Shown here piece by piece: positions 1 through 10,600 of a stretch of 47,510 nucleotides of DNA. A program made the translations under genes and the position numbers. The stretch comes from Salibacteraceae bacterium (GTDB taxonomy: Bacteria > Bacteroidota > Bacteroidia > Flavobacteriales_G > Salibacteraceae). Each line of letters begins with the position of its first letter. Position 1 is the stretch's first letter. The stretch is taken from assembly GCA_049599135.1 (NCBI GenBank), contig JBMYOI010000013.1, positions 1-47,510 of the forward strand, given 5' to 3'. The notes below the pieces were generated by a model that worked only from the letters and a program-made list of their open reading frames with translations, ran no database searches and was not told the origin of the DNA.

Positions 1-218
1 AAAACTGAATAAAAGCAGTCTTTTCTTTTTCATTTTGAAGAGAAACTAAATCATACAACGATATCATATATCATAATAAATTATTAGATTAAATCAAATA
101 TACAAAAGCAATAATGCTACCAACACTATGTTTTATATCGTAATTTTTAACGCAAAAATGATTTTATTGATCGCTATAACCATCACAATTTTGTCGAGTA
201 ATTAAAAACAAAAAAATT

Positions 219-689
219 ATGTTAGAAGTTAAAAAAGAGGCTCAAGAGCCTAAACGTATTAAAAAGAAATTTGAAGGATTTAAACCAACTGCCGCTTTCA
301 TTGGCGCTTCTTGGTTGGCATTTGGAATTGGTCTTATAACGTATTGTATTGGCCTATGGAATGCAGATATGATGTTGAACGAAAAAGGATACTACTTTAC
401 CGTTATTCTATTTGGTCTGTATTCTGTAATATCCATTCAAAAATGCGTCAGAGACCGAAGCGAAGGCATTGATGTTACAGACCTGTACTATGGCATAAGT
501 TGGTTTGCCGCAATTGTTTCCATGCTTCTTTTAGTTATCGGACTTAGAAATGCTGATTTAGCATTGAGTGAAAAGGGATTCTACGGAATCGCATTTACTC
601 TTTCTTTATTCAGTGCAATTGCGGTTCAGAAAAACACGAGAGATGCAAAAGCTATCAATAAATTAGAATCTGAAATTGATGAGATTTAA
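219..689 (+). CDS. YiaA/YiaB-family inner membrane protein (two tandem two-helix YiaAB repeats)
   Basis: 156 aa. Two internally repeated hydrophobic hairpin units, each followed by the N(A)D-x-x-L-x-EKG-(F/Y)Y motif typical of the YiaAB family. Start is preceded by an AT-rich leader. Confidence 0.7.
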   Translation: MLEVKKEAQEPKRIKKKFEGFKPTAAFIGASWLAFGIGLITYCIGLWNADMMLNEKGYYFTVILFGLYSVISIQKCVRDRSEGIDVTDLYYGISWFAAIVSMLLLVIGLRNADLALSEKGFYGIAFTLSLFSAIAVQKNTRDAKAINKLESEIDEI

Positions 690-702
690 CATTATAACTG
701 GG

Positions 703-738
703 TGTTCACTTTTTGGCTAAATTGCCAAAAAGTGAACA
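703..738 (+). terminator. Perfect 15-bp stem / 6-nt loop hairpin 14 nt after the 219..689 stop. Possible intrinsic terminator or regulatory hairpin.
   Basis: tgttcactttttggc-taaatt-gccaaaaagtgaaca read directly from the sequence. The downstream T-tract is weak (ttcatt). Confidence 0.4.
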
Positions 739-898
739 TTCATTACCAACAAACCTTTAATTATGACCATCATTTATAAAACAAGATTGAAATAAATCTA
801 CAAGCAGTTACATTGTTTATTTTGCAGAGCAACTTAACTATCTAATGTTACTGAGAAGTTGAAGTCCAAAAGATTTTGATTCTAATAATTTTCCAAAT

Positions 899-2455
899 AT
901 GAGTTTTACAACTAAAACATACCTACATCAAAATCTAATGTTGTTAATTGTTTCATTGGCACTAATGAGTTGTAACGAACCAAAGGACTTAATTGCTGAT
1001 TCCGGCACCAACTTATGCGAAAGCATTCATAGAAACGATTCCCTTTCTCTATCCAAAGAGCTTATAAGTCTTAAAGACTCTATGAAAACAAAAACAGGAG
1101 TTTATGTACTTGAAGATGGCTCGGGATCTATGGTTGCAAGAGCATGGTTAACTGAATATGCAGAAGAGACTATAAATATTCAATACTTCATTTTTTCAAC
1201 AGACAATGTTGGGCTTATCGCATGTGACTATTTAGTGAGAGCGGCAGATCGTGGTGTAACTATAAACATAATAGTTGACGACATTATGGTAAATGCTGGA
1301 ATACAAGATATTCTCACCTTAAATTCTCATGAGAACATAAATATTAAAATCTACAACCCAGGAGTCAATTTGGGTAAAAACCTTTTTAGAAAAGTTCAAA
1401 AAATAGCTACTGACTTTAGGTCTGCTAACCAGCGTATGCACAACAAAACTTTAATTGTAGACAACAAAGTTGTAATTACCGGAGGACGAAATATTGCCGA
1501 CGAATATTTTGATTACGATCATGAATACAACTTTAGAGATAGAGATGTTCTACTAATTGGAAAATCCACGAAAGATGTAGGTCGTTCTTTTTTTGAGTTT
1601 TGGAATGATAGCCTCTGTGTTCCTGTTACCGATTTAAATACTGATTCTGCCAGAAATGTAACCGACCCTAATCGTTTTGAAAGACTGCATGAATATGCCT
1701 GTAATCCCGAAAACTTTTGGCCGCAAGTACGTAAAAGGATAAAAAACTTACCTACTGAGTTTAAATCAATTGTAAGTTCAGGTAAATTGAAATGGATAGA
1801 AAACGTTTCATTTGTATCAGACGCACCCGGCAAAAACGATGGAACTAAAGGATTAGGTGGTGGTGGACGCACTACTTCTAACCTAGTAAAACTAGTTAAG
1901 GAAGCCAAAAAATCAATTGATATTCAAACTCCATATTTAATCACCACAGATGAAAGTAGAGTTCTTTTTAAAGCTGCTATCGATCGAGGTGTAAGAATTA
2001 GAATATTAACCAATAGCCTTGCTTCTACAGATAACCTAGAAGCGTTTGCCAGTTACCAAAGTGATAGAAAACTACTTTTAGCCACCGGAGTTCAAATTTT
2101 TGAATTCAGACCTGATGCTGAGGAACGAACCAAAATAATGACAGGAGAACTTCATGAAACACTCGATCATATGCCCATTTTTGGACTTCATGCTAAATCA
2201 ATGGTTGTTGACAGCAACATTACCGTAATCGGCACTTTTAACCTTGATCCTAGAAGCACCAATTTAAATACCGAATGCATTACAATAATCCCTTCTTCAG
2301 AGATAGCAGAATCTGTTTTGAAAGGAATGGAAATTGAATTTAGTCCAGAAAACTCTTGGTCAATTTCAGCGGAATCAAATCCAGATTCTATAGTTGACAT
2401 CACAAAACGAATTAATACTTGGACACGGAAGGTTTTGCCTAAGGCAATTTTATAA
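899..2455 (+). CDS. Phospholipase D / cardiolipin-synthase-like lipoprotein with two HKD motifs
   Basis: 518 aa. Lipobox signal (LALMSCNEP). Two HxKxxxxD motifs: HNKTLIVDNKVVITGGRN and HAKSMVVDSNITVIGTFN. Confidence 0.85.
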   Translation: MSFTTKTYLHQNLMLLIVSLALMSCNEPKDLIADSGTNLCESIHRNDSLSLSKELISLKDSMKTKTGVYVLEDGSGSMVARAWLTEYAEETINIQYFIFSTDNVGLIACDYLVRAADRGVTINIIVDDIMVNAGIQDILTLNSHENINIKIYNPGVNLGKNLFRKVQKIATDFRSANQRMHNKTLIVDNKVVITGGRNIADEYFDYDHEYNFRDRDVLLIGKSTKDVGRSFFEFWNDSLCVPVTDLNTDSARNVTDPNRFERLHEYACNPENFWPQVRKRIKNLPTEFKSIVSSGKLKWIENVSFVSDAPGKNDGTKGLGGGGRTTSNLVKLVKEAKKSIDIQTPYLITTDESRVLFKAAIDRGVRIRILTNSLASTDNLEAFASYQSDRKLLLATGVQIFEFRPDAEERTKIMTGELHETLDHMPIFGLHAKSMVVDSNITVIGTFNLDPRSTNLNTECITIIPSSEIAESVLKGMEIEFSPENSWSISAESNPDSIVDITKRINTWTRKVLPKAIL

Positions 2456-2574
2456 TGTTACTGGCTTTCTAGAAAAAAAGTTATTCAAGCAGCTTCAATC
2501 TTAGTTCAGTTCGTCCTATTACATTTGACAGCCAAGGGCAATTTGCACAAAATCAAATCTAAATTCACAAATAC

Positions 2575-4104
2575 ATGGGCCAATTAAGCAAAGATCAAAT
2601 TGATCAATGTATTTCCACATTAGAAACTTTAAATGGGGACACAGACCAGATATTTGACATCCCAAAGGATAAAAGAATTGAACTTTTTATACAAGCCGGA
2701 CTACTTTCTCGTCCACAAAAAGAGGAACTAAAAAAGCGCAAAAAAGGCGCTAAAAAAATTTTAAAACGAAAGGCTGCTGAAAAAGACAAATTAGCCCGTA
2801 ACAAAACCGGAATCCGAAGTGCTCGTGAAGCCACCATTTTTGTCGCACCCAAAATGATCGGCTCTAATATCGACGAATCAAAATTGGTGAATCAAGAAGT
2901 TGCACCCCGTAATTGTTATGTCTGCAAATCGGTATTTACAACCTTACATCACTTTTATGACACCATGTGTACATCGTGTGGTGACTTTAATTATGCTAAA
3001 CGATTTCAAACTTCAGACCTCACTGGTCAAGTTGCTTTGGTTACTGGCTCACGTCTTAAAATTGGGTATCACATCACTTTAATGTTGTTGCGTGCCGGAG
3101 CCACTGTTATTGCTACCACAAGGTTTCCTGTAGATTCTGCTTTGCGTTATGCTAAGGAAGAGGATTATGAGAAATGGGGGCATCGTTTAAAAATTCATGG
3201 CCTCGATTTGAGGCACATTCCTAGTGTGGAAATATTTTGCAATTATATTGAACAGCAATACGACAGATTAGATGTACTCATTAACAACGCGGCACAAACA
3301 GTGAGGCGGCCAGCTGGGTTTTACGAACATTTATTAACCAATGAAGAACGAAATATCTCCGAACTTCCTCCGGCAGTAAAAAACATTTTGTCTGACCATC
3401 ATGCATGTTTACAAGAATTAGGCGCCATTAGTTCTTTACACGAAAACCATGACAAGAATATGCCGGTTACTTGGCACGGAAAACAAGTTGGTATTGGCCT
3501 AAGCGCTTCTGCTAAATTATCTCAAATTGCCTATACGGTAGATCATGCCTTAACCACTGAAGAAGTTTTTCCAACGGGGAAAGTAGATGCCGATTTGCAA
3601 CAAGTTGATTTGAGAAAAACCAATAGCTGGAGGTTGATGTTAGGCGAGATAAATACTCACGAAATGTTAGAAGTGCAGCTAGTTAACTCAGTTGCACCCT
3701 TTGTACTCTGCAACCGACTCGTTCATCTTATGAAAAAAGAAAATACGGGCATGAAGCACATAATTAATGTTTCTGCTATGGAAGGAAAATTCCACAAATA
3801 CCATAAAGAATCGCGACATCCACATACCAACATGGCCAAGGCGGCTTTGAATATGATGACACTAACTTCTTCGGCAGAGTTTGCTAAGTATGGCATTTAT
3901 ACAAACGCTGTAGATACTGGATGGGTAACGGATGAAGACCCTGCTGAATTAGCTAAACGCAAAGAAGAAATTCATGACTTTCAACCTCCTTTAGATATTG
4001 TTGACGGAGCCGCCCGCGTTATGGATCCATTGTTCGATGGAATAAACACAGGAAAACATTGGTGTGGTAAATTCTTGAAAGATTATGTACCTACTAGTTG
4101 GTAA
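2575..4104 (+). CDS. Atypical short-chain dehydrogenase/reductase (SDR) family NAD(P)-binding protein with a Lys-rich N-terminal segment and a CxxC...CxxC zinc-ribbon-like motif
   Basis: 509 aa. Rossmann motif [32 protein letters not shown]...CTSCGDF Cys4 cluster precedes the SDR core. The catalytic YxxxK looks non-canonical (HTNMAKAAL). Confidence 0.6.
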   Translation: MGQLSKDQIDQCISTLETLNGDTDQIFDIPKDKRIELFIQAGLLSRPQKEELKKRKKGAKKILKRKAAEKDKLARNKTGIRSAREATIFVAPKMIGSNIDESKLVNQEVAPRNCYVCKSVFTTLHHFYDTMCTSCGDFNYAKRFQTSDLTGQVALVTGSRLKIGYHITLMLLRAGATVIATTRFPVDSALRYAKEEDYEKWGHRLKIHGLDLRHIPSVEIFCNYIEQQYDRLDVLINNAAQTVRRPAGFYEHLLTNEERNISELPPAVKNILSDHHACLQELGAISSLHENHDKNMPVTWHGKQVGIGLSASAKLSQIAYTVDHALTTEEVFPTGKVDADLQQVDLRKTNSWRLMLGEINTHEMLEVQLVNSVAPFVLCNRLVHLMKKENTGMKHIINVSAMEGKFHKYHKESRHPHTNMAKAALNMMTLTSSAEFAKYGIYTNAVDTGWVTDEDPAELAKRKEEIHDFQPPLDIVDGAARVMDPLFDGINTGKHWCGKFLKDYVPTSW

Positions 4105-4170
4105 TTATTTTCAACATTTAATACAAAATATAAATTCAAATTACATTTACAGAATCTTAAAAAAAGAACA

Positions 4171-4752
4171 ATGCAAGATCTATTATTTGATTTTATTTCC
4201 AAATACGTTTCGCTAAACGATGATGAAAAAAATGCAATTGTCGCTTTAGACATTTTTAAGCCAATAAAAAAAGGAACGATATTATTGAGTGAGGGTCAAT
4301 TATCAAGTAACGGCTATTTTGTGCTGAAGGGATGTATTCGTGTTTACTATGTAATTGAAGGTGAAGAAAAAACGACTGCTTTCTACACTGAAATGGAGAG
4401 ATTAACTCCTACTTGTGTTATATCAAAAAAAGCCTCCGAATATTATATTTCAGCTTCCGAAGACTCTATCGTTGCAGTTTCTGACCCAGATATGGAAGCT
4501 GAAATTTTTGAAAAATTTCCAAAGTTTGAAACGCTTTGTAGAGTATTGTCAGAAGACTTGTTGGTTAAGCAACAGATTAATTTTGACGATTATAAAACTT
4601 CATCACCTGAAAAACGTTATTTAAATATTCTCGAAAAGAGGCCAGACCTTATTCAAAGAGTGCCCCAACATCAATTGGCTAGTTATCTAGGAATTAAACC
4701 GCAGTCTTTAAGTAGACTAAGATCAAGAATTACTGAAAAAAGTAAGCAATAG
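4171..4752 (+). CDS. Crp/Fnr-family transcriptional regulator (cNMP-binding domain plus C-terminal HTH)
   Basis: 193 aa. cNMP-binding-like core (GTILLSEGQLSSNGYFVLKGCIRVYY). C-terminal HTH (LASYLGIKPQSLSRLR). Confidence 0.8.
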   Translation: MQDLLFDFISKYVSLNDDEKNAIVALDIFKPIKKGTILLSEGQLSSNGYFVLKGCIRVYYVIEGEEKTTAFYTEMERLTPTCVISKKASEYYISASEDSIVAVSDPDMEAEIFEKFPKFETLCRVLSEDLLVKQQINFDDYKTSSPEKRYLNILEKRPDLIQRVPQHQLASYLGIKPQSLSRLRSRITEKSKQ

Positions 4753-4834
4753 ACTTCTTTTATTAACTTAAGTGAACGTCTTGTAGCGATACGCGACTCT
4801 AATTTTGTTCTATCATAAAACTAAAATCATTGAT

Positions 4835-5455
4835 ATGAACAGTAAGGTTACAGCGTTAGTATTATTCTTAATTATAACAACCAATTTTCAACTTAAAGCT
4901 CAATATTCGAGACAAGACACTACATTTAAAAAGTGTTTTGTAGGAAGCACATTTTTTATGTTAGGTAACCTTGCTCCTACCAATAAACCCGATTTTATAC
5001 AACTTAACTTAGGCTATAGAATCACCGGCAAAGACGTTGTTTCATTAGAATTAAAAACATGGAAGTACGCTTGGCCTCTAGGCATCCCTTATGGAGAATT
5101 CTATGAAGCGCCCGAAGAAGAATTTCCCGGTTATGTAAGAGAGTTTGGTGTTGCCGTTGCCTACCAACGATTTTTCTGGAAAGGTATGTATGCTGGAGTT
5201 CATGTAATGAACGCTTGGCAAAATTTTATAAATCAAGAGGGTGATAAAATCGACGATGGTTTTCAGGTATTCAATACCTACCGATTTGGCTATCATTTTA
5301 AAATTTGGAATGATCGTTTTTTTATTGAACCATCTCTAGCTGTTACCCATCGCATTTACCATACTAAAATGCCCGATTCGTTCAAAGAACTGGACGATAA
5401 ATGGTCTAAGTTCTTTTTCCTTGAACCAGGGTTACATTTTGGATATAACTTTTAG
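4835..5455 (+). CDS. Secreted outer-membrane beta-barrel-like protein of unknown function
   Basis: The ORF-track start at 4805 is a TTG. An internal ATG (MNSKVTALVLFLIITTNFQLKAQ) gives a clean signal peptide. Alternating aromatic/hydrophobic pattern and a C-terminal aromatic (…GYNF) fit an OM barrel. Confidence 0.5.
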   Translation: MNSKVTALVLFLIITTNFQLKAQYSRQDTTFKKCFVGSTFFMLGNLAPTNKPDFIQLNLGYRITGKDVVSLELKTWKYAWPLGIPYGEFYEAPEEEFPGYVREFGVAVAYQRFFWKGMYAGVHVMNAWQNFINQEGDKIDDGFQVFNTYRFGYHFKIWNDRFFIEPSLAVTHRIYHTKMPDSFKELDDKWSKFFFLEPGLHFGYNF

Positions 5456-5637
5456 GTAGTTCATTTATTTCCATTGAATGTAATGTCATAATTAATTTAA
5501 TTCAAGCGGATCAGTTGTACTAAAAATGGGACAGTTGTGATATTTTTACGACATAAATTGCTGAAAGACAATGTAACTGTTAGTATGTAACTGAAGCTAA
5601 CAACCATTAAATTAGCACTTATTATCACCTCACAATT

Positions 5638-5892
5638 ATGGAAAGCAAACTTCACAAAGCCTACTGGAAGGAAAACCTAAAATACCTAGCCGGATTACTA
5701 TCTATTTGGTTTATTGTCTCCTTTGTATTTGGAATTATTTTGGTTGACGAATTAAACACTATTCGGATTGGAGGGTTTAAACTTGGGTTTTGGTTTGCTC
5801 AACAAGGTTCCATTTATGTTTTTGTGCTCCTAATATTAGTCTATATCCGATTAATGAGCAATTTGGGAAAGAAGTACAATTTAAACGACTAA
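5638..5892 (+). CDS. DUF4212 small membrane protein (putative small subunit of a solute:sodium symporter)
   Basis: 84 aa, two TM segments. It sits 3 nt upstream of an ActP-like sodium:solute symporter-family (SSF) transporter, the canonical DUF4212-SSF pairing. Confidence 0.8.
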   Translation: MESKLHKAYWKENLKYLAGLLSIWFIVSFVFGIILVDELNTIRIGGFKLGFWFAQQGSIYVFVLLILVYIRLMSNLGKKYNLND

Positions 5893-5895
5893 ATT

Positions 5896-7584
5896 ATGGA
5901 GCTTCAAACTTGGACCTGGATTCTAGTCGGAATCACATTCACACTTTACATTGGAATCGCAATCTGGTCTAGCGCCCGCTCTACAAAAGAATTTTATGTG
6001 GCAGGCGGAGGCGTTTCTCCTTTAGCCAATGGACTAGCTACAGCCGCCGATTGGATGTCAGCTGCTTCATTTATATCTATGGCGGGCCTAATTTCATTTA
6101 ACGGATACGATGGTTCGGTATTTCTGATGGGTTGGACCGGTGGATACGTTCTATTAGCTCTTTTACTCGCTCCCTATTTGCGCAAATTTGGAAAGTTTAC
6201 TGTCCCCGATTTTATTGGCGATCGTTATTATTCGAACACAGCCAGAAGCGTAGCTGTTTTTTGCGCGCTATTAGTTTCATTTACCTATGTCGCTGGTCAA
6301 ATGCGTGGAGTTGGTCTGGTATTCTCACGGTTTTTAGAAGTAGATATCAATACCGGTGTAATTATCGGAATGATTATCGTTCTGTTTTATGCCGTCCTCG
6401 GGGGAATGAAAGGAATTACCTATACCCAAGTTGCTCAATACTGTGTCTTAATATTCGCGTTTATGGTTCCAGCCATATTCATATCTATTCAAATGACGGG
6501 AAATGCTATTCCGCAAATAGGCTTTGGTGGAGCCGACGAACAAGGCATTCTTTTATTGGACAAACTCGACGGACTGCACAAAGAACTTGGCTTCTCAGAG
6601 TATACAACAGGTAGTAAATCTAAATTGGATGTCTTTTTTATTACAGCCGCGCTTATGGTTGGTACTGCAGGATTACCTCATGTTATTGTTCGTTTTTTTA
6701 CGGTTAAAAAAGTTTCTGACGCAAGAAAATCAGCTGGTTGGGCTTTGCTTTTTATAGCCGTATTGTACACTACTGCTCCTGCTATTGCCGTTTTTGCCAG
6801 AATAAATTTGATTGAAACAGTGAGCAATAAACAGGTTGCTAATATGCCTAAATGGTACACTACTTGGGAAGAAACAGGACTGATTGTTTTTGAAGACAAA
6901 AACCATGACGGCATAATCCAATATAATGGAGACCCTTCGACAAACGAACTTACTGTAGACAAAGACATAATGGTACTCGCCAATCCAGAAATTGCTGAGC
7001 TACCCAATTGGGTAATTGCCCTAGTTGCATCAGGTGGTTTGGCCGCAGCACTTTCAACCGCCGCTGGTTTATTGTTGGTAATATCATCATCTGTTTCTCA
7101 TGATTTGATAAAAAAAATGATCAAACCTGACATTTCGGAAAAAGGCGAATTAGTTGCAGCCAGATTAGCAGCTGTAGTTGCCGTTTGCGTTGCAGGATAT
7201 TTTGGAATTAATCCACCTGATTTTGTTGCTGCAACGGTAGCACTTGCTTTTGGTTTGGCTGCAGCCTCATTCTTTCCAGCAATATTCATGGGGATTTTTA
7301 GTAAAAAAATGAATAAAGAAGGTGCTATTGCTGGGATGCTAGTTGGAATTATACTCATGCTATTTTACATGCTCAAATTTAAATTTGCTTGGTTTGGTGG
7401 TGGTTCAAAAGAAGATTGGTGGTTCGGAATTTCACCTGAAGGATTTGGAACTGTTGCCATGTTAGCCAATTTCTCAATCTCAATTATCGTCTCAAAATTC
7501 ACTCCTATCCCTCCATTAGAAGTTCAGGAAATTGTTGAAAATATTAGAATCCCAGGTGAAGTTGAACAAATTGAGAGTCATTAA
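5896..7584 (+). CDS. Sodium:solute symporter family transporter (cation/acetate symporter ActP-like)
   Basis: 562 aa, polytopic. SSF signature region (YVAGGGVSPLANGLATAADWMSAASFISMAGL). Confidence 0.9.
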   Translation: MELQTWTWILVGITFTLYIGIAIWSSARSTKEFYVAGGGVSPLANGLATAADWMSAASFISMAGLISFNGYDGSVFLMGWTGGYVLLALLLAPYLRKFGKFTVPDFIGDRYYSNTARSVAVFCALLVSFTYVAGQMRGVGLVFSRFLEVDINTGVIIGMIIVLFYAVLGGMKGITYTQVAQYCVLIFAFMVPAIFISIQMTGNAIPQIGFGGADEQGILLLDKLDGLHKELGFSEYTTGSKSKLDVFFITAALMVGTAGLPHVIVRFFTVKKVSDARKSAGWALLFIAVLYTTAPAIAVFARINLIETVSNKQVANMPKWYTTWEETGLIVFEDKNHDGIIQYNGDPSTNELTVDKDIMVLANPEIAELPNWVIALVASGGLAAALSTAAGLLLVISSSVSHDLIKKMIKPDISEKGELVAARLAAVVAVCVAGYFGINPPDFVAATVALAFGLAAASFFPAIFMGIFSKKMNKEGAIAGMLVGIILMLFYMLKFKFAWFGGGSKEDWWFGISPEGFGTVAMLANFSISIIVSKFTPIPPLEVQEIVENIRIPGEVEQIESH

Positions 7585-7648
7585 CCTCTGGTTTCTATTG
7601 CCTCTATTAATCAACTAATTAATTAGCTGATTGCCTTAAATTAGCAAC

Positions 7649-10600
7649 ATGATTAAATCCATTGTTGCTACACTCCTATTTAGCCTTTCTCTTCTAACTA
7701 TTTCCGCTCAAAATAAAGACGAGTTTTTTAAGTGCATACCTCTGATAGACAATACCACTCCGGAATGGGCGAAGGAAATGTATTCTAAAAACCCGAATGT
7801 TCCTCGAGTAGAAAAATTATTTAGAGCTTACTACAAAACGAAACCATTTGTAAAAAACTTACATACTCAAAATCATAAATATTGGCTACGAAAAGTTGAA
7901 CCTTTGCTTAACGAAAAAGGATTTATCGTTCTCAAAAGTCAAGCACAGGAAGATTTAGAGTTTCAGCAATTAAAATCATCCTATTCAGTTGCTCCACCAA
8001 GCACACCGGGAGCATCAACGGGCTGGGTTGCATTGGGGCCATTTGAGACTTACAAAGCCAATACAACCAAAGCTATATCTTGGCATAAAAACGTTTACGC
8101 AATTGACCAATCGCTTTCTAATTCCAGCATGCTTATCTGTGGAACTGAAGGTGGAGGCGTTTACAAAACCGTAAACAAAGGTGCCGACTGGTCACTAATT
8201 TCAAAAGGTGAAGTATTTTCAGGAGGAAATTCTGCTGTAAAAATCCACCCTACCAATTCAAACCGATATTTAGTAGCCTCGAACAGCCGAATCTACCAAT
8301 CGAATGATGGTGGCCAAACGTGGCAAGACAAACATTACACAGGTGGCACCGGAAATGAATTTCAATATTCTCCTTCTGATACCAACACAATTTTTCACAC
8401 GAGTACTGCCGGATTGTATAAATCTATAAATGGCGGAATTACTTGGACGCAAGTTTATTCTCAAGCCTGTTGGGATATTGATTTTCATCCCACGAACAGT
8501 TCAATTGCCTATTTATTAAAATCGAATTCTACCGCTAAAAAAAGTGAGTTTTATAAAAGCATAAACGGCGGGTTAACTTGGGCTTTAGTAACAAACGGCT
8601 GGTACAGTCCCGCCATTTTATCCCAAGCTTCTGAAAATGGTGGAAAAATAGCCGTAACCCCTGCCGCTCCCGATTTAGTTTACGTCTGCTTAATAGGTGC
8701 CTCTAAACAAAATGACGACGGCTGGATTGGAATTTACAAGAGTTCAAACACTGGTAATATATGGACAAATCCTTCGGGACAAGACGGTGGACCATATTCT
8801 TCAATTAATGATACATTGGAGTGGAATGTAGCCGCATATAATGGCGGATATCACCAAGGTTTTTTCAATTTCGACATGGAAGCTTCTGCTCAAGATTCCA
8901 ATAAAATATGGGTAGCTTCTATCCGATTATCAGAATCAAACGATGGTGGAAAAACATTCAAATCAATTGGTGCAGCTAACAGTACTCGATTAGACGATTT
9001 TCATGCTGATGTACAAGACATTGAAGTAATTGGCTCAGACATTTGGGTAGCTACAGATGGTGGAATTAATTACTCAAATGATACTCTGAATGCACATGTT
9101 GCACTCAATAGAGGAATTCAAGCTGCTGACTTTTGGGGGTTCAACACTGGCTGGAACGACGATACTTATACTGGAGGAAAATACCACGATGGAACAACCG
9201 GCTGGTACGAAGGGTATGCCAACGGAAAGGCTTACAACATTGGCGGAGTTGAAGAAGCTTCAGGGTACGTCCACCCTATTGAAAGTAGAAAAATGATATT
9301 TAGAACTCATTACGCAAGCTCAAATTCTAGAGTACGCACCATCCCAAAAACATTTGGCGGGAATATTATCAATAGCAACGATTTTAAAATACGACCAAAC
9401 GAACATTATTGGACAGCAGAAAGAAGTGGGTTTTATTTTGACCCTCGCTACGCTGACCACATTTACGTTGCTTTAAACAATGCCGTTTTTAAAACGACAG
9501 ATGGTGGAGCTACTTTCGATACGATATTCACTTTTCCTGATGCAGCAGGAATGGTTTACGAAATGGAAATTTCGAGAAGCAACCCCAATGTACTTTATGC
9601 AGTTTACAACCCTAAAGGTGGGTATTGGGATCCTTGCGAAATCTGGAAATCAACAAACGGGGGAAAGGCCTGGACGAAAACTACTGCTCCTACTGGAAAT
9701 AATCGACGATTTAGAATTTCAATACAGCCAGACGATGCAAACAAAGTTTGGGTTTGTGTTCCAAGAGGAACAAACGGCCAAAAGGTATTCTACTCAGCAA
9801 ACGGAGGTTCTACTTGGATAAACAAAAGTTCATCAGTTCTTAATAATGAAAACTTAACCGACATCTATTACCAAAGTGGAGCCAACGACATGGTTTACGT
9901 AACCTCTCAAAATGGAGTTTTTAACTGGGACAAAAATTCATCAAATTGGGTTGCTTATTCTACAGGTCTTCCTCTGGTAGCAAAAACCCTTCAAATAAAT
10001 CCATTTTATAGAGACGGCGAACTACGACTAGCCTCAGCTGGTAGAGGAATTTGGGCACGAAAAATGAAAGATACTTCGTTTGCCCCAGTTGCCCAACCCA
10101 TTACTTACGCCGACTCTGTTTATTGCTCTAGAGATACTGTTTTCTTTGACTGTTATTCAATACTTAAACACCAAGGTGCTTCTTGGGCATGGAACATCTC
10201 CCCTGCTCCTGCTTTTATTAGTGATACCACGGCTAGAAATCCTTTTGTAGTTTTTGGATCGGCAGGAAGTTACGATGTAACCCTATCAGTTACCGATGGC
10301 GCAGGACAAACCAATTCAAAAACAATAAACGACATGGTGACTGTACTTAATCATTGTACGCCTGACACAATTCCGGGTTTAGCATTAGATTGTAAAACCT
10401 CATCAGGTTATGCCTCAATACCAGATTTAAACCTAAGTCAGGTAGATAGCTTTACGGTTTCGGCTTGGATTATGCCACGTTCATTGCAGGGCAATTGGGC
10501 AGCAATTCTCATAGACGATAATTCAAGCGCAGGTTTGAACTTTTACCACAGCAGTTGGAACAATAATTTGGGAATTGGATATCACTGGCCCGGCGGCTCA

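Noticed and set aside
1519-1908. Minus-strand 129-aa ORF inside the phospholipase D gene, with similar small embedded ORFs at 2188..2403, 2604..2852, 5078..5296, 6678..7007 and 7098..7358
   Set aside because: All are antisense or off-frame within confidently assigned genes, with no domain signal. They are treated as noise.
6132-6614. 160-aa plus-strand ORF, Arg/Ser/Cys-rich, inside the ActP-like gene in another frame
   Set aside because: It is fully embedded in a strongly supported transporter gene. Its composition is typical of an off-frame read through membrane-protein codons.
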